Below are positions 39,455-53,499 of a DNA stretch of 64,000 nucleotides, in pieces; within the stretch, counting starts at the first letter, position 1; each line of letters starts with the position of its first letter. Under the pieces are notes generated by a model. It was not told where the DNA came from. It did no database searches and worked only from the letters and a program-made list of their open reading frames with translations. A program made the translations under genes and the position numbers. The stretch is taken from NCBI GenBank assembly GCA_044892525.1, contig CM097887.1:128876397-128940396 (forward strand), in the 5' to 3' direction. Source of the DNA: Schmidtea polychroa. Its lineage: Eukaryota.

Positions 39455-40379
39455 CAACATTATCTTGTTGTGATTCTGGTATGCTCAATTTATTTACTTA
39501 TTGTTATAATTAACTTAAATGAATAAATAAATAATATTAATTAATTTTTATTATATTATGTTATTGCATTCTATATTAATATAAACATTACAAGCTTTGT
39601 CACACCCAGTACAAATCCCAATAGTAGACTAGTTTCAAACTTTTGGCTCTCATCAGTACTATGCAGGAGACGCGAAGATTTATAACAAAACGAGTTAATA
39701 AATTTTTATAAACTTCATAAAATTTAATTTTTAAATGGGACTCTTTTGATTTTTGTGTTTATAAATATTTTGGTATTAATACTGGTATCCGGTTTTAAAT
39801 TTTCAATACCAAAATACCGGTATTGATAAAATGGCCAAATCCCGACATGCTCTAATATATAGGCATTAGTATATTTTTACAAATTCAAAAATACAATCAC
39901 ACATGCTGAACGATGGAAGAAATTCCAGTTAGGTTGTATATATAAACAAAGAGAGAGCTTGTATAATAATATATAATAAACTATATTTTATAAAACTATT
40001 CGCATAGCCCCCTGAACTTTTCGACTCCCATCTTTGAACACAGTCATTACCCAATTTATCACCTCCCCTGATTTTAAAAAAAGCTCAAAACTATCTCGAG
40101 AGATTTCGCCTAAGTTTATCTGCAAACACGGCAATACTACACAGATTTTGTTTTGGTTTTAACGCCTATTGTTCGTGCAATACATGGTGGGTTAGACAAA
40201 ACAAATTTAGACGAACATGCTACTACTGTCGATAGGATATGACAAAAAAGCGCTCCACAACTTGCTATTTACAAAATTCCTGAGAAATCAACGAGATGCT
40301 TAGAAAAGTCTAACGCCCATGACAACGCCATAGCGTCCTAACATCATATTCCGACAACAGATTATAAGGCGTACCGAAC

Positions 40380-40990
40380 ACTTTCAAGGGAGTTACTACT
40401 GGAAACCGTATTTAGAGAACTCGAAAAAGCAGACATCATACGACGTCCCTCAACATTTTCGGTTTGAGCGATATATGTCTATTCTAAAAGCAATGGTTCC
40501 CTAAAACCGTGCGGTTACTATAGATTCCTGAACTCAAATACTTATTGTTATCTCAAGCCACTGATTATTGACATCCTAAAACATATACATGAAAAAACTG
40601 TTTTTTCAAAAATAAATTTAAAAAAGCGTATCACCAGATTCATATCGCCACCCAGATATCCCTAAGACCACCGTAATAACACTTTTCGGTTTATTTGAAT
40701 ATGTGGTGATACCCTTCGGTTTACGAAACGCAGCGCAATCTGTCAAGCGTCATATCGACCATGTTTTCCACGACATTGATTTTTCGAGACCTTACCTTGA
40801 CGACATATTAATACTTTCCTGTTGGAAAAAAGAGTTCATGTTGGAAAATTACTTTCAGTGTTAAACCAAAAAAAACATGATTAACAAGAAGTGTGTTTTT
40901 TTCGATAGTGAAGTACAATGCTTAGGCCATCTCATTTCCAAAGAAGGAAATAAATCAAATACTTTAAAAGAAGTTGTAAATGCCTTATAT
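40380..40990 (+). pseudogene. Ty3/gypsy reverse transcriptase remnant
   Basis: GLFEYVVIPFGLRNAAQS..RHID and PYLDDIL motifs; many frameshifts. Confidence 0.8.
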
Positions 40991-42549
40991 TGAATTGTCT
41001 TTTAGTTTTGGCCAGTTTACTTAAATAATTATTATAATTTGTTTGTATAATGTTAGTTTTATTATGAGGTTTTGTTTAATTGTGCATATTTGTTTCTGTG
41101 ATTCCTTATTCGCAGTTTATGGAACCCATGAATCAATTATTTAATTATTAAAATCAAAGTAATAAATTAATTATGTTTACACCATTCCAGAAAATATTAT
41201 AAATGCAGATGGTCATAGTTAATGGAAATTCTTGTCGTGGGTAATTATAATAAACCAGATGTGTTGTATAAAATATTATTTTTCATTAAGCTGACATTGG
41301 AAATTTTTTTCACTAATTAAAAAACTAATCTTTCAATTACAGCAGAAAGATCCAATTTTATGAAAAAAATACACAAAAATTCTACCATACATTTAAACAA
41401 AATAAGTTTTTATTATTTATAATATACCAATTAAATAATTTTTCCTCATATATTCTGTGTTTTTTTAATTTTGCCAATTCCACCATATGTCGAAATTTTT
41501 TATTTTCTAAATAAATAAAAGAATATTTTCTGTTTTCAATATTTTCAATTGATTTCATAATACTAAACAGAAAAAATTCTTTTTCAATAATGAGTAGTAG
41601 TTAATAAATTTCTATAAAAATTAAATTAGCTTTCGAAAACTTCATTCAAAGTGGTGGGTAAAACGAGTGGGAAACCTTTCATATTTGTACTTGTTTTAAC
41701 CTGTCATAACTCTGTATCTGCATTTCCCTTGCAACGGGGCATAACTATTTATTTAACCACTTAACACCAATCGCAAGCTACGTTGATGATGTAGTCAGCT
41801 AAAGGTAGACTCCATCATAAGGCCTTCTAGTACACTGAAGTGCCTCTAGATTCACGGACTTACAGTAGAAGCTGTATCGCCTTATTTTCTATTGTCCCCT
41901 GATCGTCCCATTATTCATCCTACCTCTTTGTCGTTTCCTTTTGTCTCAGATCTCCGTGTTCGGAATTTTTACTTAATAAGATTTTAAAAAATTCGAAATA
42001 CGAGATTGTACGGCCGGTGGATTCTGTCGAAACGTCTACGATTATGTTGACGAAATATATCAAAGTAATCTATATTACGAAATTCTTTTAAACAGAGTCA
42101 GTCGGATTCTTTACAATTTTAAATTATTTCAATAAAATCAGACTCCCTTCTGGCTTCAATATGATAATAGCAAAATATTCTTTTTGATTCGTATTGTCAC
42201 TTTTCCTCTTATCAACGGAACGGGTAAGTAGTAAATAAATTAAATAAAAATTCTAAAAAAACATTCTTTAAAAACAATAAAAATTTACATTGTATTTATT
42301 AAAAATATTGTTTTTTTTTGATATTCACGAATTTTCGGCACAGTATTTTTCAAGTTAAATCAAATCACTTGAAAAAGACTGCATAAAAATTCGTGAATAT
42401 CAAAAAGTACATCGATATATTTACTGATTCTTAGTCAATATTTTAATAAATACAATGTCAATTGAAAAGAAACCAGAGGTGAAAATTGAAAAAAGTTATA
42501 ATGATAAAAATTTGGTCAATGAAAAAATTGATTTAAATTATTGTAATTT

Positions 42550-43560
42550 AATTCATCTACTGATTCGACCACCGGTGACCTAGAAGAGTGGAGCGTGGAA
42601 AGCTCTTACACCCTAGATAAGTCCTCTTTCAGTGTGCCCTTGTGTCACATTTTCTCGCACCCGACAGGTTAGTCGTGGAACTTTGTGACACCACTAACAA
42701 GAATAACTTTAAATTTTAAGATCCAGTGTCGCGTCTAACTTTTTAGTTTGGTTGTGAAATCTCTAATTTTGAAAATATAACAAGTACTGGCTGAACCATT
42801 GGGTGTACCAAGTTTTATAGTATTATTCGTCTCAAGTCAACTTTAAAAAGCCTAACTTATCTTCCAAAACTGTTAAAGATGATAAAATCTAACAATATTT
42901 ATTAGAGCAACATCACTTTTGTCCAGTTCCACCGAGGAAACCGTAATAAACGGGAAGGTTGTAAAATTACTATTGAAGTGATTTGCTATGTGAGTGATGA
43001 GTTATATGCGTGGGTTCTTTGAGAGTTGATGTCAGATGCATGGAGAGAATGACAAATTACCGTCGTCGCATTTTTCTATTTAGGTCAAAATTATACAGAG
43101 CAGAAAAAGCGACGAGCTACCCCATTCGACTTTTCGGCTTGATTCAGTTCCGCTGTAATATATAAAAACTATTCTCATCGGTTATAGATACAAATAAAGT
43201 TTTTGATTCTGTTTAGTCGATACTACCATGAATCGGCAAAAGTTACAAATCGTGAAAGCGAGATCGCGTCCGTTCTTAGGTCCTGAAGAAAGTCCGGATT
43301 GCAGGCCATGCTCATAAGATAGCTACTACATTCGGCGTCGTTAGACAAGCATATGCTCTTACAAAGCCTTTGACTAAATTGACTCTATTTAGTTTGAATG
43401 TTTAATAAATTTTAATCACTCGTGTGATGTTTTTCACGAATGTCATTCTGTAAAGAAGGACGATTGGGACACCGTTGTAAATCCTACATATATCTTCTAT
43501 CGGTAATTCGTGGACCCGTGCGTTTAAATGAGATATTTCGATCTAAAGTAGTTTCAATTC
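42550..43560 (-). pseudogene. Possible Penelope-like element remnant
   Basis: KIYVGFTT (GIY-YIG-like) near 43490, a frameshifted MGS-like motif near 43120, and LDLKI near 42720. Heavily decayed; motif order was not confirmed. Confidence 0.25.
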
Positions 43561-45754
43561 ACTTCAATATTAATTTAACAAATCTTTCTCTTTCTCTCAA
43601 CTTAAAACTTTCCTTCCGGTTTCTTGTTCTTCACTTGATATGTTTTAATATCAAAAAGCTGTACCAATTCCTATTTAATATTATAGTGCTATACCGTATT
43701 TTTAAACATTTTATTACGACATATTAAACAATTTACAAAGGATTATTTTCTAAATTTTAAGAAAAATTAGCTAATAAAACATCGTTGACGAAATTCAGCA
43801 TGTATATTTCGAATTTAAAACCAGAATAACTGGAATATCTTGGTGAAGTTGATGCAAGAATCATTCGAAACACGTCAATGTAATTTATTGAGCTCACTAC
43901 TGAGAGTAGTTTTTACCCAAGAAAGTCGTGACTATTATTGGAATGGGAATATTCAATTATTCAAGAAATATAAATAAATGCAAATTCAAACAAAATTTTT
44001 AAACTTTGAAATTTCCAGCAACTGATTTCTTTTATCATTTTGAATATATTCAATAATCTTAGATATTTGTTTGCCTTTTTCACAATTAATATCATAGAAA
44101 TGTTAGCTTTAACGCCCAGCCAAACCTTGTCACTCCACAAATACATATTATAATTTCTATCAGAAAATGTATTCCATTAAAAATGAATTAAAATCATTTC
44201 ATATTTTATTACATAAAGTAAAAATTTATTTAATAGAATAAAAATCAGTTAAATCAGAACATTGAAACCGTGTCATTTACCAAACCAATAGTTTTAATTG
44301 TCTGTATTTATTGAAAATTTTAATTAAAAAATTCTCTATTGAACAAGCATCTGTCAATGTTTTGAATACACTCATTCAAACAACAAATGCTAATTTGGGA
44401 ATAAAAACGGGAATTGAAAAATTAATTTTCAATTAATAAAATTGAGATTATCTTTGAAAGTATATCGAATGTCATTGAAATAGCTTGAATAATTAAAAAC
44501 AAACTTCTGTTAAAAAGTGTTGAAATATAAATATTCTTCAAATTTTCAAATAGGCATTAGGTCATTCGATTGGACAAAAATTATCCAATTAAATCCAAGA
44601 TGTTATCGTTAAAGAATCTGTGAAAATTTGACAATAAACTAACAGATTTCTTCATCGAATGGAACCGTTACATGATAAATTGTAAGTGATAATATTTTCG
44701 TTTATTTAAAATCAATAACATATTTTTAATAAAAAATAAAAAAATTTACAAAATTTATATATTATAAAAATTGTTTTCATTTGTATATAGAGAAATCTAT
44801 ATATATTAAAATTTGAGACCCTCCTTTATAATATTTATACTTGCGAATATTTGTATTCTGGTAAAATATTTATATTATTTAATCAAAACAAAATTTTCTT
44901 AAAATTGAAACATTCAACATAACGTAGAATAAACTTTGATTTTGTTAATTAATTAACGAGAATNNNNNNNNNNNNNNNNNNNNNNNNNNNNNNNNNNNNN
45001 NNNNNNNNNNNNNNNNNNNNNNNNNNNNNNNNNNNNNNNNNNNNNNNNNNNNNNNNNNNNNNNNNNNNNNNNNNNNNNNNNNNNNNNNNNNNNNNNNNNN
45101 NNNNNNNNNNNNNNNNNNNNNNNNNNNNNNNNNNNNNNNNNNNNNNNNNNNNNNNNNNNNNNNNNNNNNNNNNNNNNNNNNNNNNNNNNNNNNNNNNNNN
45201 NNNNNNNNNNNNNNNNNNNNNNNNNNNNNNNNNNNNNNNNNNNNNNNNNNNNNNNNNNNNNNNNNNNNNNTCTTGTATCTTTCTTTTTCTAATCTTAGAA
45301 AATTTATGTAAATATCACATCTCGAATTTCTTCGAATTATTTTGCCATTCATTTTCTGAATTTTTTGTCATAATCGCCAAACACTTAATCTTCAAGTTTT
45401 TGAATTACCGTTCGACACTGAATGAATTTGGTACATTCACTCATTGATAATTTATGCTTATTTTTGATGAAGTAATTTTTAATCCAGCAAGTTTGATCTT
45501 TTCTAGTACACTTTCAATATTTTTGTAATGCTCATTTAATTCCTTCAAAAATATTAAAATACCATATAAGTAAACCATTGCAAATTTCTAATTATGCTCT
45601 CCAAGTACTATATTCATTAATATTTGAAAGTCGCTGGCACCGCCACTATTCCAAATGACATACGGTTAAAAGGATATTGTTTAGGCTTAGTTGGAACGAA
45701 GTTTTCAATTTTTATGGCCTTTCTAGTTCAACTTGGTAATATTTCCCAAGTTAA

Positions 45755-47577
45755 CCTTTAACCGGAGAGAAGAGTCTTTTGGACTCTTTCTTTTAACCAT
45801 ACGTAAACCAAAATTAAAATACTAATTCAAATTTAAATTTTTTGCACATTTTTTTAACGAATCATGAATTTTCAACAATATTCGAATTTTTTCAAAGTTT
45901 CTAAAATAACGTATTTTCAAAAAATAAAAAAATATACCAAAACAGACAGATGCTTAAATTTCACAAGAAAAATTTAAAAATTTAAAAAGGGGATTTAATT
46001 TTAAATTTAATTATGAAGATTTTTGGGATTCTCTTTTTGGAAGCCCTATATTTCGCGCTACTATGGGTATAAGGCGTTTCTAGTCAATTTTAAGATTTTA
46101 CCGATTTGATGACAAGGAGAATCGGTCAGTGCGCAGATCCAATGATAAATTGGCTCCAATTGGGGATGTTTGGGAAATCATAAATAAAAATTTCTCAAAA
46201 CATTATATTCCAGGCCAAACTTAACCATTGATGAGCAGTTGGTTCCTTTTCGTGGACGAATAAGTTTCAAGCAATACATACCCAGTAAACCAGATAAATA
46301 TGGAATAAAAATTTGGTGGATTGTTGAAAATGAAACGGCTTATACTTCGAAAGGAATTCCATATTTGGGCAAAGAGGGTAACACGAGAGCATTAAATTTA
46401 GCCCAAAATGTTGTTGAAGAACTATGCATACCGTTTCATCGTTCAAATCAAAACATAACATTCGATAACTATTTCACAAACTATGAACTAGACAACTCTT
46501 TGTTGTCTAAACGCTTAACTACTGTTAGAACACTTCGCAAAAATAAGACATTTATACCTCAATCATTTTTGCCACATCCATCTAGAGAAGTTAAAAGCAC
46601 AAGTTTCGGATTTAGTAACACAATGCCAATAATTTCGTACGTACAACAAAAAATCAGGTACTTCTTATTGTTATCTACGAAACATCACACAATGAATGTT
46701 GATACTGAAAATAAAAGAAAGCCTGATCAAATTTTGTTTTATAACGCTACAAAAGGAGGAGTAGATACAATGGACAAACTATGTAATGCTTTTACTGTCA
46801 GACGAAAAACTAATGGGTGGCCTTCTGAATTTTTTCAGAATTTAATTGATGTTAGCGGCGTAGCTGCGCTTGTAATTTGAAGAAATTTTTACAATGAGAA
46901 AATATGTGATTCTCAAAGAAAAGCGTTTATTAGGGAAATCACATACGATTTAGTAAGGACTCAGATCCTGAAAAAGGTATTAGTGCTGCTCATTTGTCAG
47001 TTATAAATGAAGAATTACAAAACACTAACGAAGAAAACTACGGAGAAACGACGTCGACTTTGGAAGATCAACGAAAGAAGAAACGTTATTACATATGACC
47101 TAATGCAATTGACAATGGGAATCATTTGACTAATTATCCTCCTAACGTTAAAAACAAATATCGACGATGAAATAATTATTTTTCTCTTAATTGTTTCTAA
47201 TTAAACTGATCCAAGCAGTATTGCGTCACTTGTAACAGGAATGTATGCAATGAACATTCACAAAATACAGTTCTTTGCCAAAATTGCTTAAAAAAATAAT
47301 AATTTGTGTTGTATGTATTGTTTGTATTTGATAAGTTCATGTTCTTGTTTTTTATGAATTAATGTTTGGTTTTGTTTCATATGTTTTATTTTTTTTTATT
47401 TCCATGAAATATGTATGGCTTGAATTATTTTTGTTTAAAAAAAAAGATTTGGACAATAAATAATTTTATAATTATAATTTTAAGGGATTTCTTATGTATT
47501 CATTAAATATTTAGCTTAAGAGTCCTTCGGATTCTTCTATCCGTTTATGTTACAAAAACATTATGTCCAGTTAAAGG
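45755..47577 (+). mobile_element. piggyBac transposon with TTAA TSD
   Basis: TTAA (45751-45754)|CCTTTAAC ... GTTAAAGG|TTAA (47578-47581). Subterminal inverted GAAGAGTC..GGACTC / GAGTCC..ATTCTTC. Confidence 0.9.
46020..47290 (+). pseudogene. piggyBac transposase (PGBD4-like), disrupted
   Basis: TIDEQLVPFRGR, PSKPDKYGIK, ITFDNYFT, YNATKGGVDTMD, and a C-terminal Cys-rich YCVTCNRNVCNEH..CQNC; stops flank ORF 46239..46880. Confidence 0.92.
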
Positions 47578-50482
47578 TTAACTGTGCTAAAATGTTTTGC
47601 CCCGTTTAATGTATTAATGTTCTGAATTGGAAATATTGGTCGTTCTGTTATATTATTCAGCCTCCGAAAATCTAGACGTATTCTTAAGTCATTCTTATCT
47701 TTCTTTTTCACACACAGCAACGGTGTATTAAATGGGGAATTATATTCTTTTATTATGCCAAACCTATCGATTTCATTAATTTGTTCATCAATTTTTTCAA
47801 TCAAATGAGCAGGTTGCCGTCGAAGGTAATTAACTATAGGCTTCCCCGAAATCAAAATCTCATGGGATAATAAATTTGTTTTCCCTACATCCAATTTATG
47901 TTTCTAAAAAATGCAATCATATTTATCAAACAATTTTTTTAATATTCTTATCTTTCACTTGATAAATTTAATTTACATCTAAAATGTTTACTAACGAAAT
48001 ATCTGTCAATTTATTTATTCCTATCGTATTATTACCAAGCGTGCTTCCACATTTTCAGATAAAAATTGATTTGATCTTGAATTGCTGGCTTCTCTTCTTC
48101 TTACTGGGTTTATTTGAAAGTTCATCGAATTTTTTTTACCACATCCGCATATTTAATATTAGTCTTCATTGCTGAAACTTGATTGTTATTCTGGTAAATT
48201 TCATTATTTACTTTTTCATGTTTTTTTTCTTTCTTTCATTCCTTCCAAAGTCTTGAATTCGTTCATTTTTAAATCTTTCTTTAAATATTTTTAAATATTT
48301 TTAAATATTTTCTGCTGAATTGAAAATTAGAAATTTCTGTAATTACTCTTCATTTAATCTGTGTCTCGCAATTTGTTGAAAATGTTTTCATGCTGCAATT
48401 GATATTGACGTTAATGAAGATATTCTTACGTTAATGATATTATAATAATGTAATAACAGTTATCTGTTTTTCATTGTAAATATTTATTTTTATGCTATCT
48501 ACAGCCCAGTAGGAGAGTGCAACAAATTTGCAAATTATTGTGATTATTCGGGGATTCTTTTTCCATAATCATTGATGAAATGGTTAAAAATGAAAAGAAA
48601 GATTAACAAGATAATGGAAATGTTTATAATTAATAATTTAGAACTTGATGAAAATGAATTATATTTGAAGCAAAACATAATTATAGAATATTTAAAGGTC
48701 AGTTTAGAATATTTATATTAAAATTGATGGAAGAGCTTAACAAAATGTCCGTTGTTTGTTTATTCACACAAATACCTTTTAAATTTATCAGTCTTTAGCA
48801 ATGGGAATCATTTGACTAATTATCCTCCTAACGTTAAAAACAAATATCGACGATGAAATAATTATTTTTCTCTTAATTGTTTCTAATTAAACTGATTAAA
48901 ACAAAACCATGTGATTAATTCATTTATTAATTTTCATTTAATGAATTATTTTGATCTAGTTAAATTGGTTTATTAAAATAAAATAATTGGTAATTAGAAT
49001 TTTATTTTTTATTGAAAATCAATTTGATAAATTAGAGAAAAAATAACTATAATTCAAAAATTGTAAAAATATATTTCGTCAAACAAATAAACCAGTTTAT
49101 TATTCGCAGTTGGGTCATTTATTTCAGTTTGACATTCTTCATCTGATATTAAATGCCAAAATTGACATGACACTTCTAGATCGTTTTCTAACATTAGAGT
49201 TCAAAATTGTAATTTCGTTCCATTACGTTTATTCTGAGAAACAAATATCGGCTCCAGTTTTATAGTCAAATTAAATATTTAATTAAATTAAATAAAAAAA
49301 ATATCACTCAAATTTCTAAATTATAAAACTGTTAATTAATTTGATCCTTATACTTTCATTCAATCTTGGATGACACATTTCGGCTTCCTTTAATTTATTT
49401 GTTTTTGTTTATAATAAATTCACCTCAAAATTTCGCTCTTTATTTTACCTTATCTTGAATTTATTGACTTCAATTTGAATTCCGAAATAATTTTTTATTG
49501 AAATTCCCTTTGTTCGAATATGAAACCAAAAGAAATATAATTTCCTAATAAAATTTTTTTTAGAAAATTAACATAAAATCTAATATTATTTAACGAAAAA
49601 TTAAAAAACGAAATGAAAAAAAAGAAATTTAAATAAAATATATTTAAAAATTGACAGTTTTTCATTGTCAATTGAAAAGCAGAATTATGTGTGGATTTTT
49701 GAATTTTTAAAATTTAAATTATGAAAAAACATTGTATGAAATATTTTAAAAAAATTCGAATTCGAATTCAAATTTAAAACTGGAAAAATTATTCTTTAAT
49801 TTTTTAGTTTGTCGATATGAAAATTCAGTCTTAAAATGTTTAAATGATAATTGAATTATAAATCACATTATTGTTAAACAAGTAAAGAATATAATACGCT
49901 TTCGCAGTAGAATATAAATTAAATTTTATCCTTTGATTTAATATTTATTTGTTAGCGAATAATTGTTTAACATTTAATTTTTATTAATTCCAAGNNNNNN
50001 NNNNNNNNNNNNNNNNNNNNNNNNNNNNNNNNNNNNNNNNNNNNNNNNNNNNNNNNNNNNNNNNNNNNNNNNNNNNNNNNNNNNNNNNNNNNNNNNNNNN
50101 NNNNNNNNNNNNNNNNNNNNNNNNNNNNNNNNNNNNNNNNNNNNNNNNNNNNNNNNNNNNNNNNNNNNNNNNNNNNNNNNNNNNNNNNNNNNNNNNNNNN
50201 NNNNNNNNNNNNNNNNNNNNNNNNNNNNNNNNNNNNNNNNNNNNNNNNNNNNNNNNNNNNNNNNNNNNNNNNNNNNNNNNNNNNNNNNNNNNNNNNNNNN
50301 NNNNNNNNNNNNNNNNNNNNNNNNNNNNNNNNNNNNNNNNNNNNNNNNNNNNNNNNNNNNNNNNNNNNNNNNNNNNNNNNNNNNNNNNNNNNNNNNNNNN
50401 NNNNNNNNNNNNNNNNNNNNNNNNNNNNNNNNNNNNNNNNNNNNNNNNNNNNNNNNNNNNNNNNNNNNNNNNNNNNNNNNNT

Positions 50483-51567
50483 GAATATTAATTATAGGAT
50501 TTAAAGATCTAATTAACAACGCCTCGCACGTTACTCTTTCCCATTAATTACTCAAACTCTTCAACAAGATCTTAAAAGCAGCAATATCTATTTTTTTTAT
50601 TGGGTTAGGGTGCAGAAATGAAGGGCACACTTTCCAATTTTTTTTTGTATAAAAACAATTTTTAATTTTTAAATTTAAATTTATTTTTTTATTAATTTTA
50701 ATAAAGATTTTTTGTATGAGAATTTTTTTTAAATTAAAATAATTTTTATATGATTAAAAATGTTTTTCAAAATTTTATTAAAATTTCTTTTTTATACAGT
50801 TTGATTACGATTATTAATTGTTAATTTGTTTGAATATTATTATTTTCATTTAGTTGTGATTAATACTATTCTTAGCCTTAAACGGTAGAAATATATAACA
50901 ATGTTATATTTTAATANNNNNNNNNNNNNNNNNNNNNNNNNNNNNNNNNNNNNNNNNNNNNNNNNNNNNNNNNNNNNNNNNNNNNNNNNNNNNNNNNNNN
51001 NNNNNNNNNNNNNNNNNNNNNNNNNNNNNNNNNNNNNNNNNNNNNNNNNNNNNNNNNNNNNNNNNNNNNNNNNNNNNNNNNNNNNNNNNNNNNNNNNNNN
51101 NNNNNNNNNNNNNNNNNNNNNNNNNNNNNNNNNTGAATATTAATTATAGGATTTAAAGATCTAATTAACAACGCCTCGCACGTTACTCTTTCCCATTAAT
51201 TACTCAAACTCTTCAACAAGATCTTAAAAGCAGCAATATCTATTTTTTTTATTGGGTTAGGGTGCAGAAATGAAGGGCACACTTTCCAATTTTTTTTTGT
51301 ATAAAAACAATTTTTAATTTTTAAATTTAAATTTATTTTTTTATTAATTTTAATAAAGATTTTTTGTATGAGAATTTTTTTTAAATTAAAATAATTTTTA
51401 TATGATTAAAATGTTTTTCAAAATTTTATTAAAATTTCTTTTTTATACAGTTTGATTACGATTATTAATTGTTAATTTGTTTGAATATTATTATTTTCAT
51501 TTAGTTGTGATTAATACTATTCTTAGCCTTAAACGGTAGAAATATATAACAATGTTATATTTTAATA
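50483..51567 (+). repeat. Direct duplication of a ~433-bp block (50483-50915 and 51135-51567), each copy flanked by N
   Basis: Both copies start TGAATATTAATTATAGGATTTAAAGATC and end ATGTTATATTTTAATA; near-identical. Confidence 0.9.
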
Positions 51568-52334
51568 NNNNNNNNNNNNNNNNNNNNNNNNNNNNNNNNN
51601 NNNNNNNNNNNNNNNNNNNNNNNNNNNNNNNNNNNNNNNNNNNNNNNNNNNNNNNNNNNNNNNNNNNNNNNNNNNNNNNNNNNNNNNNNNNNNNNNNNNN
51701 NNNNNNNNNNNNNNNNNNNNNNNNNNNNNNNNNNNNNNNNNNNNNNNNNTAAATAAAATATTATTGATTGTTTAAGTTCATGGAATCTGAAAATTAAAAT
51801 ATCATCAAAACTAATAAAGATAAATCGTTTTATATGAGATTAAAATAGATCAATAAATTCTAAATGATAACATCAATTTTCAATTTCCTGCATTTGATTG
51901 TTCCTCCTTATCAAATGGTTTGTCTATTATCTATCTGGTATCACCTCTAATCATAAAAGATCTTCTTCTAAATTTGATAATTTGAAATCATAATCATAAA
52001 AAATATATTAACAAGTTAAAGACTGCATGTCCACAAGATGGCCACTCCGCAACAACATTATCGACCCGCGTGCTCACGGGTGGGCATACGACATGTTTTA
52101 CTTGGTGACCGCATGTACACCAGTGGGAATGATTTAAATACAAAATTAAATACAAATCTAGGGGTAAAATAATGTCTTCCTCAAATTATTGTACACTAAA
52201 AAATATTGAAAAAATAATATACATAAAAAAAATCCGGTCCATATGTGAGAAATACGATTTTGCAATGCGGTTTTCAAAGTGTTAAGGATGGGTTCATAAA
52301 CAAATTCTGCTAAAACAACACATACAGTGCAACG

Positions 52335-52336
<2 letters not shown>

Positions 52337-52394
<58 letters not shown>
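52337..52394. repeat. (TA)n microsatellite
   Basis: Directly visible. Confidence 0.98.
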
Positions 52395-52396
<2 letters not shown>

Positions 52397-53499
52397 AGTA
52401 TGCAGAATTTTATAAATATTATCAAAGACAATTCAAAAGAAAACTGATTTATGTTGCAAAGTCACCTTTGTCTTATATGGTAAATATTTTGAATTTATGA
52501 ATTGCTAAGGTATATTTAGAAGTAAAAGTTTGATTGTTGTCGTGTTCTACAAGAGGTCTTTTCTATTGAATACAAAAGGCATTGGTCCTTCTTAAATTTA
52601 TGCATTTTCTGAAGAGACTAATAATAAAGGTTTGGGCTATTCGTTTGACCAAATGATCTTATACTGAATCCTACAAAATAAGAATCATAACTATTACATA
52701 TAATCGTTTTTATTTTTCCATATATTTAAAGGACTTTTCACAATTCATCCTTTGTGTGTGAGTAAACCAAACCTACTTCTTTTTACATGAAATACAATAG
52801 ATCAAATTAATTTTTAAGAAACACTTTACCAATTCCAACATAGGGATAAATTAATGAGGAACCAAGAGAGAGTTTTGTACTAGTGTTCGGATTTTCCTCT
52901 ACTTCATATTTGATAAATGTTCTTCCCTGAGCATTAAAAGGACGTCTAAATCAACTGTAACTGGTACAGTAAACTAGTTTAATTATATCCCACTTCACGA
53001 ATGTGAAAGGTGAACTTGATACTAAAGTATTTCAGCCACATATGGTCATATATCTGCCCCTACAAATTCCCCTACAAGGCAACACCTTTCCAAATAATAC
53101 AAATAATAATGATTATTATTTATAAAGTTTCCAGTGAGCCTACAATGAATGGAATCCTGGAATAATGAATAGAATTGAAACTGTCAGTTAAATTCTCCTA
53201 AAAATTAAAGTTTCATTGAACTCTCAATTAGGTTCAAATTAATCATTGTCTTTATTCTTTCTCACAGATTCAAATCCGTTATTTATTAATTTTTGATTTA
53301 GTATTGTTTTAGTTATGTTAGATTTTCCGGGACCTCATCAATAATTTAAACAAAATAAGTTTCGTTTATTTTATTCTTAAATTAAGCAAATTTTGAAATT
53401 TATAATTAATACACAGTGTTAATGATTATGAAAGACCTGAGTACATCTAGAGGTCAATCAAAGATACGTACAAAGTACCCTAACCCATGAAACCCGTGA

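Larger units (their letters stand above)
45350..48450 (-). pseudogene. Ty3/gypsy RT remnant split by the piggyBac insertion
   Basis: 47894-47578 reads SPFNTPLLCVKKKD..LRIRLDFRRLN..HFSTV. Left of 45751 it continues with YYQVEL, FNRMSFG..PATF and VYLYGILIF. Confidence 0.8.

Noticed and set aside
39180-39526. YIYIYI ORFs (also 52158..52397)
   Set aside because: Translations of (TA)n microsatellites.
41770-41810. ASYVDDVV as a LINE RT motif
   Set aside because: Isolated motif followed by a stop; no convincing flanking RT motifs.
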